From Escherichia coli (GTDB taxonomy: Bacteria > Pseudomonadota > Gammaproteobacteria > Enterobacterales > Enterobacteriaceae), in NCBI RefSeq assembly GCF_048403405.1, contig NZ_CP183129.1: a stretch of 64,000 nucleotides of DNA, one strand, 5' to 3'. The position numbers and the translations under genes were made by a program. Shown here in pieces: positions 13,425 to 24,857 of the stretch (within the stretch, counting starts at the first letter, position 1; every line of letters starts with the position of its first letter). Below the pieces are notes generated by a model that was not told the origin of the DNA, did not search any database, and saw nothing but the letters and a program-made list of their open reading frames with translations.

Positions 13425-15149
13425 GTGGATAACGTTGAACTTTCACCCGCAACACGCTGGGGGATGATTGCTACCGGATTACTTCAGGGTCTGGTTTGCT
13501 ACCTACTGATCGCCGGGCTTGCCGGAAAAAATCTCAGTTGGATTGTTTATGGCGTGCCTGCGACCGTCGCGTTTTCATCCGTTTTACTCTTCTCCGTGAT
13601 CTCCTTTAAACAGAAGCGCTTTTGGGGATGGCTGGCGCTGGTGTTTATTGCCACGCTAGGGATGAGCGGTTGGCTAAAGTGGCAAATTGATGGCATGAAC
13701 CACTGGAGAGCAGAAAAGACGCTTTGGGATTTTGGCTGCTATCTGCTGCTGATGGCAATGTTGTTGCTACCGTGGATACAACAAAGCCTTCGCATCCGCA
13801 ATGACAGTAGCCGCTATCGCTATTTTTACCAGTCAGTATGGCATAACGCACTTATATTACTGGTGATTTTTCTCGCCAATGGCCTGACGTGGCTGGTGCT
13901 TTTACTGTGGGGTGAGTTGTTTAAACTTGTTGGCATCACGTTTTTCAAAACGCTCTTTTTTGCAACCGACTGGTTTATTTATCTCACGTTAGGTCTGGTT
14001 ACCGCGCTGGCGGTGATCCTCGCGCGAACACAGTCACGTTTAATCGACTCTATTCAAAAGTTGTTCACGTTAATCGCCACGGGGTTGCTGCCGTTAGTAT
14101 CATTGCTAACCCTGATGTTTATCATCACCCTGCCGTTTACGGGCCTGAGCGCGATTTCTCGCCACATCTCCGCCGCCGGGCTGCTGTTGACGCTGGCCTT
14201 TTTGCAATTGATCTTAATGGCTATTGTCCGCGATCCGCAAAAATCGTCACTTCCCTGGACGGGGCCGTTGCGTTGCCTGATTAAAACCGCTCTGCTGGCT
14301 GCTCCGCTGTATGTGTTCGTCGCCGCCTGGGCGTTATGGCTGCGGGTCGCTCAGTACGGCTGGACTGTCGACCGCTTGCAGGGCGCGCTGGCGGTGCTGG
14401 TGTTACTGGTATGGTCGCTGGGGTATTTTGTCAGTATCGTCTGGCGTAAAGGGCAAAACCCCCTTGTTCTTCAGGGCAAAGTGAACCTTGCGGTTTCGTT
14501 ATTGGTGTTGGTAATACTGGTGCTTCTTAATTCTCCGGTGCTGGACAGTATGCGCATTAGCGTGAACAGTCATATGGCGCGTTATCAGAGCGGCAAAAAC
14601 ACGCCAGACCAGGTAAGTCTCTACATGCTCGAACAGAGCGGTCGCTATGGACGTGCGGCGCTTGAGTCGCTGAAAAGCGATGCCGGGTTTATGAAAGACC
14701 CGAAACGCGCGCGGGATCTGTTGATGGCGTTAGATGGAGAGCAACATCTTCAGCAACAGATATCGGAAAAAGTATTAGCCGAAAATGTGTTAATTGCCCC
14801 TGGTTCTGGTAAACCGGATGCGACATTCTGGTCGGCCTTAATCCAGGATCGCTATAACGTGATGACCTGTATTGAAAAAGACGCCTGCGTACTGGTCGAG
14901 CAAGATCTGAATAGTGATGGCAGGGCAGAGCGGATCCTCTTTGCCTTTGATGATGAAAGATACATTGTCTATGGCTTTGATCCTGACAAGAAAGAATGGC
15001 AAGAGCTTACGATGAGTTTACTTCCGCGTGATATAACGAAAGAAAAATTACTCACAGCTGCGAAGGATGGAAAACTGGGAACGAAGCCTAAAGCGTGGCG
15101 CGATCTTGTAGTGGATGGTGAAAGGCTGGATGTGAATCTGAATGAGTGA
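13425..15149 (+). CDS. yhgE: inner membrane protein YhgE
   Basis: 574-aa ORF, multiple hydrophobic helices, matches E. coli YhgE position and size. Confidence 0.85.
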   Translation: MDNVELSPATRWGMIATGLLQGLVCYLLIAGLAGKNLSWIVYGVPATVAFSSVLLFSVISFKQKRFWGWLALVFIATLGMSGWLKWQIDGMNHWRAEKTLWDFGCYLLLMAMLLLPWIQQSLRIRNDSSRYRYFYQSVWHNALILLVIFLANGLTWLVLLLWGELFKLVGITFFKTLFFATDWFIYLTLGLVTALAVILARTQSRLIDSIQKLFTLIATGLLPLVSLLTLMFIITLPFTGLSAISRHISAAGLLLTLAFLQLILMAIVRDPQKSSLPWTGPLRCLIKTALLAAPLYVFVAAWALWLRVAQYGWTVDRLQGALAVLVLLVWSLGYFVSIVWRKGQNPLVLQGKVNLAVSLLVLVILVLLNSPVLDSMRISVNSHMARYQSGKNTPDQVSLYMLEQSGRYGRAALESLKSDAGFMKDPKRARDLLMALDGEQHLQQQISEKVLAENVLIAPGSGKPDATFWSALIQDRYNVMTCIEKDACVLVEQDLNSDGRAERILFAFDDERYIVYGFDPDKKEWQELTMSLLPRDITKEKLLTAAKDGKLGTKPKAWRDLVVDGERLDVNLNE

Positions 15150-15211
15150 CAAAGCGCATCAGGTGTATTAGTCGTAAAATCCGGCAGAGCCCTCTCTGCC
15201 GGACATACTCA

Positions 15212-16096
15212 TTAATGAACTTGCGGATCTGCCGGAGACGCGTTGTTGCGGATTTCAGCAATATCCATCGCATTGAACAGATAGTGGTTACCGCAGTAAT
15301 CGCAATGCATGTCAATTTCGCCATCTTCCGCCAGGATGCTATCGACTTCTTCATCCGGCAGCGTTTTTAGCGCGTCGGCGCAACGTTCACGCGAGCAGGT
15401 GCATTTGAACTCCACATCCTGCGGATCGTAAACCGTCACCTCTTCTTCGTGATACAAACGCCACAACACTTCGTTTGCCGGTAAGGTCAGCAGTTCTTCG
15501 GTTTTGATGGTTTCGGTTAGCGTCGCCAGGTGGTCAAAGTCGTCCTGCTGGGCATTTTGCGCAGGCATTACCTGCAACAACATACCGCCTGCAGCCGGTT
15601 TGCCGTCTACGTCGCCGGTGCGAATAAACAGGCGCGTCGGCAGCTGTTCAGAACGCATAAAGTAATCTTCCAGGCAGGCCGCCAGGGTATCACCTTCCAG
15701 ACCCACCACGCCCTGATAGCGTTCACCTTCGCTCGGGGTGATGGTGATCACCACGTAACCATTGCCGACCAGCGTTTTCAGGTCGGCATTTTCCGGAATT
15801 TCGCCCTGCACGCGCGCCACACCGCGCATCTGCTGGTTGTTGTTACCGTTAATAACCGCCAGATTCATCGGACCGTCGCCTTGCAGCTGTACGGTGATAT
15901 CACCATCAAACTTCAGCGTAGCGGTTAACAGGCTGGTCGCAACCAGCAGTTCTGCCAGCACGTTTTTAACGGGCTGTGGATAATCGTGATTCTCAAGGAT
16001 CTGTTGCAAGGTTTCCGAAACGGTTACCAGTTCGCCGCGAACGGCAAAGTTTTCAAACAGATAGCGATGTAATTGGTCATGTTGCGGCATAATCAT
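15212..16096 (-). CDS. hslO: redox-regulated chaperone Hsp33
   Basis: ORF ending ...CTCSRERC...[11 protein letters not shown] (zinc-binding Cys cluster); start at MIMPQ or MPQHD. Confidence 0.93.
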   Translation of the reverse strand: MIMPQHDQLHRYLFENFAVRGELVTVSETLQQILENHDYPQPVKNVLAELLVATSLLTATLKFDGDITVQLQGDGPMNLAVINGNNNQQMRGVARVQGEIPENADLKTLVGNGYVVITITPSEGERYQGVVGLEGDTLAACLEDYFMRSEQLPTRLFIRTGDVDGKPAAGGMLLQVMPAQNAQQDDFDHLATLTETIKTEELLTLPANEVLWRLYHEEEVTVYDPQDVEFKCTCSRERCADALKTLPDEEVDSILAEDGEIDMHCDYCGNHYLFNAMDIAEIRNNASPADPQVH

Positions 16097-16114
16097 CTCT
16101 CTTGCAGGTGACAG

Positions 16115-16516
16115 TTATTCACTGTCGCCGTGTTTAAATCGTAACAGGTCGCGGCGCTCTTTTTTGTCCGGGCGTCGGTCCGGGTGCGGCATGGTTAAGG
16201 CATTAAGTTTACGTGCCAGCGCCATTTTTTCGCGTTTCTCTACACTTTCCGCAGTCTCTTCATACAGCAAGGCTGCCTCGCTGGCGGGGCGACGCTGTTC
16301 AGTAATCGCCTTTACAATCACCGTGCGTTCGTCATTTCCCTGGCGCAGAGTGAGCGTGGCATTCAGCTCGACGATTTTGCTCGGCTTGCTGCGCTGCCCG
16401 TTGTAATGCACCTTACCGCCTTCAATCATTTCACGGGCCAGCGCGCGGGTTTTATAAAAACGGGCAGCCCATAGCCATTTATCCAGTCGAACCTCAACAG
16501 CAGGTTTTTCTTTCAT
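16115..16516 (-). CDS. hslR: ribosome-associated heat shock protein Hsp15
   Basis: 133-aa ORF, S4-like RNA-binding domain, upstream of hslO. Confidence 0.92.
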   Translation of the reverse strand: MKEKPAVEVRLDKWLWAARFYKTRALAREMIEGGKVHYNGQRSKPSKIVELNATLTLRQGNDERTVIVKAITEQRRPASEAALLYEETAESVEKREKMALARKLNALTMPHPDRRPDKKERRDLLRFKHGDSE

Positions 16517-16526
16517 GGCGTCTCCT

Positions 16527-17195
16527 TCACATTAGCGAGGGGATCAGGCGGCGGTAGTCATTCAGTGACGGATGGCGTTGATACTGTTTCTCGGCAATCC
16601 CGGAGTCAGGATTAGTCACGCCGAGGCAGTAACGAATACCAAATTGCGCGGCAGCATCGAGAATCGCTTCGCTGTCATCAATAAACAGCGTTCTTTCAGC
16701 TTTCAGTCCCGTAGCTTCGGCCACCGCATGCCATAACCGCTGATCCTCTTTCGGATAACCAAATGTGTGGGTGGAAAGTAATAAATCAAGGTGTGCGTCC
16801 AGACCGGTATGCTCAAGTTTTACCGCCAGGTTGTGCGGATGAGCATTGGTGAGCAAAATTCGCTGCTTACCGCTGGCTTTCAGTGCCTCAAGAAACGGAA
16901 TGGTATCTTCACGCAGTACGGCACGCGGTCCCATCTCGGTGGTCATCGCACAGATATCCAGACCCAGTTGCTCACTCCAGTAATCAAGACAGTACCAGTT
17001 TAGCGTATGCTGTACGTCGTGATATTGCTGGCGCATATATTCCATCGCTTCCTGTGGCGTAACCCCGTTTTTCGCGCCCCATGTTTCAGGCACCAGCTTT
17101 TGCCAGAAATAGTTATCGAAGGCGAGGTCGAGCAACGTGCCGTCCATATCCAGCAGAACGGTATCTACGTCCTGCCAGGCAATGTTGATATGCAT
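16527..17195 (-). CDS. yrfG: HAD-superfamily nucleotidase YrfG
   Basis: 222 aa from MHINIAWQDVDTVLLDMDGTLLD (HAD motif I DxDGT). Confidence 0.88.
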   Translation of the reverse strand: MHINIAWQDVDTVLLDMDGTLLDLAFDNYFWQKLVPETWGAKNGVTPQEAMEYMRQQYHDVQHTLNWYCLDYWSEQLGLDICAMTTEMGPRAVLREDTIPFLEALKASGKQRILLTNAHPHNLAVKLEHTGLDAHLDLLLSTHTFGYPKEDQRLWHAVAEATGLKAERTLFIDDSEAILDAAAQFGIRYCLGVTNPDSGIAEKQYQRHPSLNDYRRLIPSLM

Positions 17196-17259
17196 GAGGG
17201 AAATCTCCAGAGTGAAGCAATTTGCGCGACAGGGTAGCATAACCTGCCGCGCAAACGTG

Positions 17260-19395
17260 TTATTCGATAAGGCTTTCTGAAGGGGTGATCAGTTGCGGGT
17301 TCAGGCAGCTTTCATAATAGGCCTGAATCTTCATCATGCGAGTACGATGACGCTGGTAACGACGCCAGGCCTGTACGCCATTATAAATGGCGCTACCCAG
17401 CATCGTCAGTAGCAGCAGCGTGGTGCTGAGATAGCGCCACAGGCCGGAACGATCCGGGATCGGATGAAGGCCAATATGCTGCGTACCATTGGCGTCAGTG
17501 AAGATTTTTGTGACGATACCTTCGGCGTTAAACGGCGTATGCATCAGCATTTGTGCCAGTTTCTGGAAAGCGTTCCACTGTTCTTGCGGCGGATAGTCGT
17601 AAAGTGATGCCGAAGGCCAGGGCTGATCAACAAAATCGCTGCCTTCGTCGCTGACAATCAGGAATCCACCGGGAGCCGGACTGTTTAGTGATTGTGCCGC
17701 TCGCGCCGTTTCATGCGTGATAAACGGCGCGGTGGAGGTTGCCACCAGGTTATCCAGTGATTCCGCACTCACCGGGCGTAATAACACATTCACGCCATCG
17801 AGTTTCCCGGCGTTGGCGCGTTTTACCAGCGCGTCCCAGTCTTTACTGTTACCGAGATTGACCAGCGCATTTTTCAGTCGCACACAGTCATCTTTGGCAG
17901 AACACAGATCCGCTGTCTTCAGTACTATGTCGCCAAAATCATCAAGCAATACCATGCCGGATTTTTGAATTGCTGAACGTAATGAGGCGCTGACGCGAGA
18001 TTCATCTTCCGGTTTAGGGTGCAGCTGGCGATTAACTGCTTCGGTCAATGCCGTCGCTTTGTTGACCAATTCAGATTCTGGTAATGGCAATGAGCGGGCG
18101 TCATTCCAGATGATCTGCGAGCAGTCAAACGGTAAAAAAGGTGAGTTGGTTTTCGCGCTCCAGGTACCGGAAGTGCGAATATTACACATTCCCGTACCGC
18201 TAATACGCAATGTATCGCCAACCCGCACGCCAGCGTCAGCCAGTTGTTTCACGCTGGTGGCTTCAATGGTCTGCGCGCCTTTCATCCACGAGAGGGTGAA
18301 TTTCAGCGGCATATCCAGCGGGATCCAGAATAACAGCATAAACAGCACCAGTAGCGAGCCCGCAGCGATAATCGTACTGCGCAGCCAGTGCTGTAACGGA
18401 AAGTTTTTTACTTCATCATGCAGCGAAAGATATCGCCCCTGACGCACTACGTGGCGGTCGAGATAGATATCGATATCGGTTTGTTGACCGAGATCCTGAG
18501 CAATGTATGGCTGCCAGTGTGCGGGGTAGACCAGGTCGATAATACCGAGTGAAATATTGTTGATCTGTTCCTGATCGTTTTCGCCAAACAATCCCCAACG
18601 ACGGGGTGTACCGCGCAGACAATGAATTTCCCGCAGGGAGGATTTTGCCGGGGGCGCGAATAGCCCCCACAGACCTGCGCCCAGCAGCAGTAACGCGCCG
18701 CCTGCCAGCCACGGAACAAATACATCCGGGGTAATCAGGCAGAAAAAGAACATCAGGAATGAGGCGACAATCAGCAACGCTTCACGCAGCCCGCGCGGAC
18801 GACTTAGCGCATACTCTTCGTGCGTTTCTTTGCGAATATTGAGTAGCTCGATTTGCTCACTCTCTTCCCCGCGAATCGACGCCTGTGTTGACGGAACAGG
18901 TTGCAAGGCATAGCCGCGAGTTTCCTGCATGTACTCCTGCAGCGTATGACCGTTGAGTGAAATAACCAGCGGCAGCGAATTGGTATGAATCAGTTCAACG
19001 GTATTCTCATCGTTGATGTACTGCTCCCAGAAAGGGGGCAGGTGGACTTCTACCGAATCGAGGTAGTAACGCCATTTATTCGGATCGTCGGTAGAGATGC
19101 CGTAACGCGTGATAGCGTGTGTCAGCATCATGACGTTGTTGCTTTCGGCATTCAGCGCCAGAGAGATCGGTGCCGCGCTGGCTCCCGTTGGGCCAGGCAC
19201 CTGTAATACCTGCGTCAGGCTCTCAAGATAATTTTCAGCGGCGCTATGTTCTTCAGGTGTGAGTTTACGCGTTTGCGCATCCGCGAAGGCGTTGATCCAG
19301 GGCAGCTGACGCCGTCTGGATCGCACTTTTATCAGCCATCCCGCAAGTAGTGAGCAGGCCAGCAAAGCAGCTAAAAAAATCACAATGGTGCTCAT
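17260..19395 (-). CDS. igaA: Rcs phosphorelay negative regulator IgaA (YrfF)
   Basis: 711-aa membrane protein ORF matching E. coli IgaA. Confidence 0.9.
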   Translation of the reverse strand: MSTIVIFLAALLACSLLAGWLIKVRSRRRQLPWINAFADAQTRKLTPEEHSAAENYLESLTQVLQVPGPTGASAAPISLALNAESNNVMMLTHAITRYGISTDDPNKWRYYLDSVEVHLPPFWEQYINDENTVELIHTNSLPLVISLNGHTLQEYMQETRGYALQPVPSTQASIRGEESEQIELLNIRKETHEEYALSRPRGLREALLIVASFLMFFFCLITPDVFVPWLAGGALLLLGAGLWGLFAPPAKSSLREIHCLRGTPRRWGLFGENDQEQINNISLGIIDLVYPAHWQPYIAQDLGQQTDIDIYLDRHVVRQGRYLSLHDEVKNFPLQHWLRSTIIAAGSLLVLFMLLFWIPLDMPLKFTLSWMKGAQTIEATSVKQLADAGVRVGDTLRISGTGMCNIRTSGTWSAKTNSPFLPFDCSQIIWNDARSLPLPESELVNKATALTEAVNRQLHPKPEDESRVSASLRSAIQKSGMVLLDDFGDIVLKTADLCSAKDDCVRLKNALVNLGNSKDWDALVKRANAGKLDGVNVLLRPVSAESLDNLVATSTAPFITHETARAAQSLNSPAPGGFLIVSDEGSDFVDQPWPSASLYDYPPQEQWNAFQKLAQMLMHTPFNAEGIVTKIFTDANGTQHIGLHPIPDRSGLWRYLSTTLLLLTMLGSAIYNGVQAWRRYQRHRTRMMKIQAYYESCLNPQLITPSESLIE

Positions 19396-19714
19396 GCTTT
19401 CCCCATCTTACTTAGTCTGTCAGGCGTGGTCAGTCGCACCGGACACAATACATGATTCTGCGGTTGGCTATCGGCAAGCGTGGAGTTTAACTTGAGCATC
19501 ATTAAGCACATCACAGTAACCGCTGATCATAGCAAACCCTCTGAAGGCGGAATATCAGCAAATTCCTGGAGTTATTTCAACCTATTGACTTTTAATTTGA
19601 TTTGAGGACGATTATTTATTAAGTTACATAAATGTAAATAACATGCAATTCACATTGCCGAAAGCGTGTCCGATATCGCACAATAACCGCTGATTTCACA
19701 GCATAGATCCCACG

Positions 19715-20275
19715 ATGAGCAAATCATTACAAAAACCCACCATTCTGAATGTTGAAACTGTAGCCCGTTCCCGACTGTTTACCGTCGAAAGCGTGGATCT
19801 GGAGTTCAGCAATGGCGTGCGGCGTGTTTATGAACGAATGCGTCCAACCAACCGGGAAGCAGTGATGATTGTGCCGATTGTGGACGATCACCTGATCCTG
19901 ATCCGCGAATACGCAGTGGGAACTGAATCCTACGAATTAGGTTTTTCGAAAGGATTAATTGATCCGGGTGAAAGCGTCTTCGAAGCCGCAAACCGCGAGC
20001 TAAAAGAAGAGGTTGGATTTGGTGCGAACGATCTGACTTTTTTGAAGAAGCTCAGCATGGCACCGTCTTACTTTTCCAGCAAAATGAATATCGTGGTAGC
20101 GCAAGATCTCTACCCGGAATCACTGGAAGGCGATGAGCCAGAGCCGCTACCACAGGTGCGCTGGCCGCTGGCGCATATGATGGATTTGCTGGAAGACCCT
20201 GACTTCAACGAAGCGCGTAATGTCAGCGCGCTGTTCCTCGTGCGCGAATGGTTGAAAGGGCAGGGGCGGTTGTAA
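19715..20275 (+). CDS. nudE: ADP-compounds hydrolase NudE (Nudix)
   Basis: 186-aa ORF with Nudix box GESVFEAANRELKEEVG. Confidence 0.92.
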   Translation: MSKSLQKPTILNVETVARSRLFTVESVDLEFSNGVRRVYERMRPTNREAVMIVPIVDDHLILIREYAVGTESYELGFSKGLIDPGESVFEAANRELKEEVGFGANDLTFLKKLSMAPSYFSSKMNIVVAQDLYPESLEGDEPEPLPQVRWPLAHMMDLLEDPDFNEARNVSALFLVREWLKGQGRL

Positions 20276-20416
20276 ATGCGTGAAGTTTGCCTGATGCATA
20301 ATGCTTATCAGGCCTGTGCGGCTCCTGCAATATATTGATTTTTCTAGATGTTGCTAGACGGGTAAAGTGTTCACGCCGTATCCGGTATAAACAAAGTGCA
20401 CTTTGTCAGCAAACTT

Positions 20417-20441
20417 AAAAAGGCGCTGAAGCGCCTTTTTA
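20417..20441. terminator. bidirectional rho-independent terminator between convergent nudE and mrcA
   Basis: aaaaaggcgctgaagcgccttttt hairpin with A/T runs on both sides. Confidence 0.6.
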
Positions 20442-20442
20442 A

Positions 20443-22995
20443 TCAGAACAATTCCTGTGCCTCGCCATTATCGATAATGGTCGTTCCCACCTCGTGCACC
20501 GCCTGTTGTGTCGGCTGCGTACCTTCGATGAAATACTCTTCGCGGCTGTTGCCACCATTAGCTAACTGCCCGGTGCTGCGATCGATATTCACCGTCACAA
20601 TACCCGGCGGCGGCGTCAGCGGCTGCTCCGGCACACCTTCAAGAACGGCTTTCATATAAGCGTCCCATGCAGGCTGGGCACTCTTGGCACCGCCTTCGTA
20701 ACCTGAGATCTGATCTTTAATCGCTCCGGAAGCCGTTGTATGACCGAGATTACGACGGTGATCATCAAAGCCAATCCAGACCGAGGTCACAACGCCCGGA
20801 CCGTAACCCGAAAACCACGCATCTTTCGAACTGTTAGTGGTACCGGTTTTCCCGCCGATATCGCGACGCTGCAAATCATGACCTGCACGCCAGCCGGTAC
20901 CCTGCCAGCCTGGTTCACCAAAGATATTGGTGTTCAAAGCACTCTTAATCAGGAATGCCAGCGGAGTGTTGATGACGTGCGGTGCGTACTCCTGCGCGCC
21001 AGTCTTCGCCACTAACGCCTGATTTGCCTGCTCCAGCTGCGGCATTGGTACAGAAACATTCTGCTGCTCGCGGGAGATAGCGACATCTTCAACATCGTTA
21101 TTTTCCAGCACGTTCGATTTCTGCGTATCACCGTAAATCACCGGAATATCGCATTCCGGGCAGGCTACTTTCGGTTTCGCTTCGAAAATCACGCCGCCCT
21201 GATCGTTTTCAATTTTGCTGATAAACCACGGGTCCACCAGGAAGCCGCCGTTCGCCATGACCGCGTAGCCGCGCGCCACCTGCATTGGGGTGAAGGACGC
21301 TGAACCCAGCGCCAGCGATTCGGTGTGGACAATGTTTTGCGCCGGGAAGCCGAAGCGTTGCAGATATTCTGCAGCGTAGTCGACGCCCATCGCCCGCATT
21401 GCGCGTACCATCACCACGTTTTTCGACTGGCCCAGTCCCTGACGTAAGCGAATTGGACCAGCATATTGTGGCGGCGAGTTTTTCGGCTGCCAGTCAGAAC
21501 CGGCACCTGCGTCCCAGCGAGAAATTGGCACATCGTTCAACATACTTGCCAGCGTCAGACCTTTATCCATCGCCGCGGTGTAGAGGAACGGTTTGATGTT
21601 GGAACCCACCTGACGCAGTGCCTGGGTGGCGCGGTTAAACTTGCTCTGATTGAAATCAAAGCCACCGACCAGCGCCATAACGGCACCGTTTTGCGGATTG
21701 ATCGACACCAGCGCCGAGTTCACTTCCGGCACTTGTGCCAGCCACCATGCATCGCCAACCTGACGAACCCAGATTTGCTGACCCGTTTGCAGAACATCGG
21801 TCACTTTACGCGGCGTCGGTCCCTGCTGAGTATCCGAACGGTAAGGACGCGCCCAGCGAACGCCTTCCATACTCAATGCGACGGTCGACCCGTCCGCCAG
21901 CATCGCCGTCGCTTCCTGAGGATTGGCGCTGGTGACTGCGGCAGGCAGCAGCGGACCATAGGTCGGCAGCGCCTTCAGCGTATCGGTAATCTTGTTGTTA
22001 TCCCACGCCGATTCGCCCACTTTCCACAGCACATTTGCCGGGCCGCGATAGCCGTGGCGCATGTCGTAGTCCAGCACGTTATTACGTACCGCCTGCTGTG
22101 CGGCCTGCTGCACTTTGCGGGTGATGGTGGTGTAAATGCGATAACCGTCTTCATAGGCACTTTCGCCATAACGGTTATACATCTCCTGGCGCACCATTTC
22201 GCTCAGGTACGGCGCAGAGAAAGCAATCTCCGGCGCGTGATAGTTAGCGTTAATCGCCTCAGTGCGTGTCTGATCGAACTGTTGTTGGGTGATATACCCT
22301 TCATCCAGCATCCGCGACAGTACGACGTTACGCCGCGCGACGGCACGATCCATTGAGTAGAGCGGATTAAAGGTGGAAGGCGCTTTCGGCAGCCCGGCTA
22401 TCACCGCCATTTCGTTCAGCGTCAGTTGGTCGACCGTTTTACCGAAATAGACTTGTGCCGCAGCACCGACACCATAGGCGCGGTAACCGAGGTAAATCTT
22501 GTTCAGATAAAGCTCGAGGATCTCGTCTTTCGTCAGCAATTGTTCAATGCGAATCGCGAGGAAGACTTCCTTAATCTTACGCATCAGCGTGCGTTCTGGA
22601 CTGAGGAAGAAGTTTCTCGCCAGCTGCTGGGTAATGGTACTCGCCCCTTGTGACGCGTGGCCGGAGAACAGCGCCACACTTGCCGCACGGAAGATCCCCA
22701 CCGGGTCAACGCCGTGATGCTCGTAGAAGCGGCTGTCTTCCGTCGCGATAAAGGCTTTCACCATCTCCGGCGGGATTTGATCCAACGTAACCGGAATACG
22801 ACGTTTCTCACCGTATTGAGCGATCAGCTCGCCATCGGCGCTGTAAATCTGCATCGGAATTTGCAGGCGAACATCTTTTAATGTCGCCACATCCGGCAGT
22901 TGTGGCTCGATGTAGCGGTATAGGCCATAAATCGAGCCTGCTCCCAGCAGAATGCAACAGACTGCAAGGATCAAAAAATACTTTACGAACTTCAC
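20443..22995 (-). CDS. mrcA: penicillin-binding protein 1A (bifunctional glycosyltransferase/transpeptidase)
   Basis: About 850 aa; probable GTG start giving MKFVKYFLIL; ORF track gives 858 aa to ATG at 23019. Confidence 0.93.
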   Translation of the reverse strand: MKFVKYFLILAVCCILLGAGSIYGLYRYIEPQLPDVATLKDVRLQIPMQIYSADGELIAQYGEKRRIPVTLDQIPPEMVKAFIATEDSRFYEHHGVDPVGIFRAASVALFSGHASQGASTITQQLARNFFLSPERTLMRKIKEVFLAIRIEQLLTKDEILELYLNKIYLGYRAYGVGAAAQVYFGKTVDQLTLNEMAVIAGLPKAPSTFNPLYSMDRAVARRNVVLSRMLDEGYITQQQFDQTRTEAINANYHAPEIAFSAPYLSEMVRQEMYNRYGESAYEDGYRIYTTITRKVQQAAQQAVRNNVLDYDMRHGYRGPANVLWKVGESAWDNNKITDTLKALPTYGPLLPAAVTSANPQEATAMLADGSTVALSMEGVRWARPYRSDTQQGPTPRKVTDVLQTGQQIWVRQVGDAWWLAQVPEVNSALVSINPQNGAVMALVGGFDFNQSKFNRATQALRQVGSNIKPFLYTAAMDKGLTLASMLNDVPISRWDAGAGSDWQPKNSPPQYAGPIRLRQGLGQSKNVVMVRAMRAMGVDYAAEYLQRFGFPAQNIVHTESLALGSASFTPMQVARGYAVMANGGFLVDPWFISKIENDQGGVIFEAKPKVACPECDIPVIYGDTQKSNVLENNDVEDVAISREQQNVSVPMPQLEQANQALVAKTGAQEYAPHVINTPLAFLIKSALNTNIFGEPGWQGTGWRAGHDLQRRDIGGKTGTTNSSKDAWFSGYGPGVVTSVWIGFDDHRRNLGHTTASGAIKDQISGYEGGAKSAQPAWDAYMKAVLEGVPEQPLTPPPGIVTVNIDRSTGQLANGGNSREEYFIEGTQPTQQAVHEVGTTIIDNGEAQELF

Positions 22996-23114
22996 TGGAA
23001 ATTTCCCATTTAGTTTCATTTGGGCAGTTTATAAACAAACGCGCGGTAGTATAAAGGCAAGCCAGACGCATTGATATACCCGTCAGAGTGACGGGTGATA
23101 AGGAGATCATCACA

Positions 23115-23894
23115 ATGGCATTTAAGATCTGGCAAATTGGTTTGCATTTACAACAGCAAGAAGCGGTAGCGGTTGCTATCGTGCGGGGCACAAAAGAATG
23201 TTTTTTGCAACGCTGGTGGCGGTTGCCGCTGGAGAACGACATAATCAAAGATGGGCGGATTGTTGATGCGCAGCGGCTGGCTAACACGTTGTTACCGTGG
23301 AGTCGCGAACTGCCGCAGCGTCATCACATTATGTTGGCGTTTCCCGCCAGTCGCACATTACAGCGGTCATTTCCACGCCCGTCGATGTCCCTTGGTGAGC
23401 GGGAGCAAACGGCCTGGCTGTCCGGGACGATGGCCCGCGAGCTGGATATGGATCCGGACTCCCTGCGCTTCGATTACAGCGAAGACTCACTCAGTCCCGC
23501 CTATAACGTGACTGCCGCGCAAAGCAAAGAGTTGGCAACGCTGCTTACTCTGGCAGAAAGGTTGCGTGTTCATGTTAGCGCGATCACCCCGGATGCCAGT
23601 GCATTACAGCGATTCCTGCCTTTTTTACCTTCTCATCAGCAATGTCTGGCCTGGCGTGATAACGAACAGTGGCTGTGGGCGACGCGCTATAGCTGGGGGC
23701 GCAAACTGGCGGTGGGGATAACTAGCGCGAAGGAGCTGGCGGCAGCGTTATCCGTTGATCCCGAAAGCGTCGCGATATGTGGCGAAGGCGGATTTGACCC
23801 CTTGGAGGCGGTTTCTGTTCGTCAGCCGCCGCTACCGCCGCCAGGTGGAGACTTTGCCATCGCGCTGGGGCTGGCGCTTGGGAAGGTGTACTGA
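23115..23894 (+). CDS. hofM: type IV pilus assembly protein HofM (PilM-like)
   Basis: 259 aa from MAFKIWQIGLHL; first gene of hofMNOPQ cluster. Confidence 0.85.
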   Translation: MAFKIWQIGLHLQQQEAVAVAIVRGTKECFLQRWWRLPLENDIIKDGRIVDAQRLANTLLPWSRELPQRHHIMLAFPASRTLQRSFPRPSMSLGEREQTAWLSGTMARELDMDPDSLRFDYSEDSLSPAYNVTAAQSKELATLLTLAERLRVHVSAITPDASALQRFLPFLPSHQQCLAWRDNEQWLWATRYSWGRKLAVGITSAKELAAALSVDPESVAICGEGGFDPLEAVSVRQPPLPPPGGDFAIALGLALGKVY

Positions 23895-24433
23895 TGAACC
23901 CGCCAATTAATTTTTTGCCCTGGCGACAGCAACGCCGGACCGCTTTTCTTCGTTTCTGGTTGCTGATGTTCGTTGCGCCTCTGCTGCTGGCTGTCGGGAT
24001 AACGCTAATACTGCGTCTGACAAGCAACGCCGAAGCACGCGTAGACACCGTTTTGCTTCAGGCGGAACAACAACTCGCCCGCAGCTTACAGATAACGAAA
24101 CCACGTTTGCTGGAACGCCAGCAGTTACGCGAACAGCGTTTGCAAAGGCAGCTCCAGCGACAATTTACCCGTGACTGGCAATCTGCGCTGGAAGCACTGG
24201 CGGCGCTTTTACCCGAACATGCCTGGCTGACAACGATAAGCTGGCAGCAGGGAACGCTGGAGATCAAGGGGCTGACAACAAGCATTACCGCGTTAAACGC
24301 GCTGGAAACGTCACTCCGCCAGGATGCATCTTTTCATCTCAATCAGCGGGGGGCCACGCAGCAGGATGCGCAGGGACGCTGGCAATTTGAGTATCAGTTA
24401 ACAAGGAAGGTTAGCGATGGACATGCTCTTTGA
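23894..24433 (+). CDS. hofN: type IV pilus assembly protein HofN (PilN-like)
   Basis: 179-aa ORF with N-terminal TM helix; ATGA overlap with hofM. Confidence 0.85.
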   Translation: MNPPINFLPWRQQRRTAFLRFWLLMFVAPLLLAVGITLILRLTSNAEARVDTVLLQAEQQLARSLQITKPRLLERQQLREQRLQRQLQRQFTRDWQSALEALAALLPEHAWLTTISWQQGTLEIKGLTTSITALNALETSLRQDASFHLNQRGATQQDAQGRWQFEYQLTRKVSDGHAL

Positions 24434-24857
24434 CTGGTGGTTCGCCACATCACCCCGCCTCCGCCAGCTTTGCTGGGCATTCTGGTTGCTGATGTTAGTT
24501 ACGCTCATTTTTCTGTCATCGACACACCAGGAAGAGAGCGACGCATTAATTCGACTACGGGCGAGTCATCACCAGCAGTGGGCCGCACTGTATCGCCTGG
24601 TAGACACCACTCCCTTCAGCGAAGAAAAAACGCTGCCCTTTTCGCCACTGGATTTTCAGTTATCCGGCGCGCAACTGGTTTCCTGGCGTCCATCCGCGCA
24701 GGGAGGTGAGTTGGCGTTGAAAACGCTGTGGGAAGCAGTGCCGTTGGCATTTACACGGCTGGCAGAGCGCAACGTCAGCGTGAGCCGTTTTTCGTTAAGC
24801 GTGGAAGGTGATGACCTTTTGTTCACGCTACAACTGGAGACGCCGCATGAGGGGTAA
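24417..24857 (+). CDS. hofO: type IV pilus assembly protein HofO (PilO-like)
   Basis: 146-aa ORF overlapping hofN end. Confidence 0.82.
   Translation: MDMLFDWWFATSPRLRQLCWAFWLLMLVTLIFLSSTHQEESDALIRLRASHHQQWAALYRLVDTTPFSEEKTLPFSPLDFQLSGAQLVSWRPSAQGGELALKTLWEAVPLAFTRLAERNVSVSRFSLSVEGDDLLFTLQLETPHEG

Noticed and set aside
21466-22356. 296-aa plus-strand ORF
   Set aside because: Antisense within mrcA; Arg/His/Cys-rich composition, no recognisable domain.
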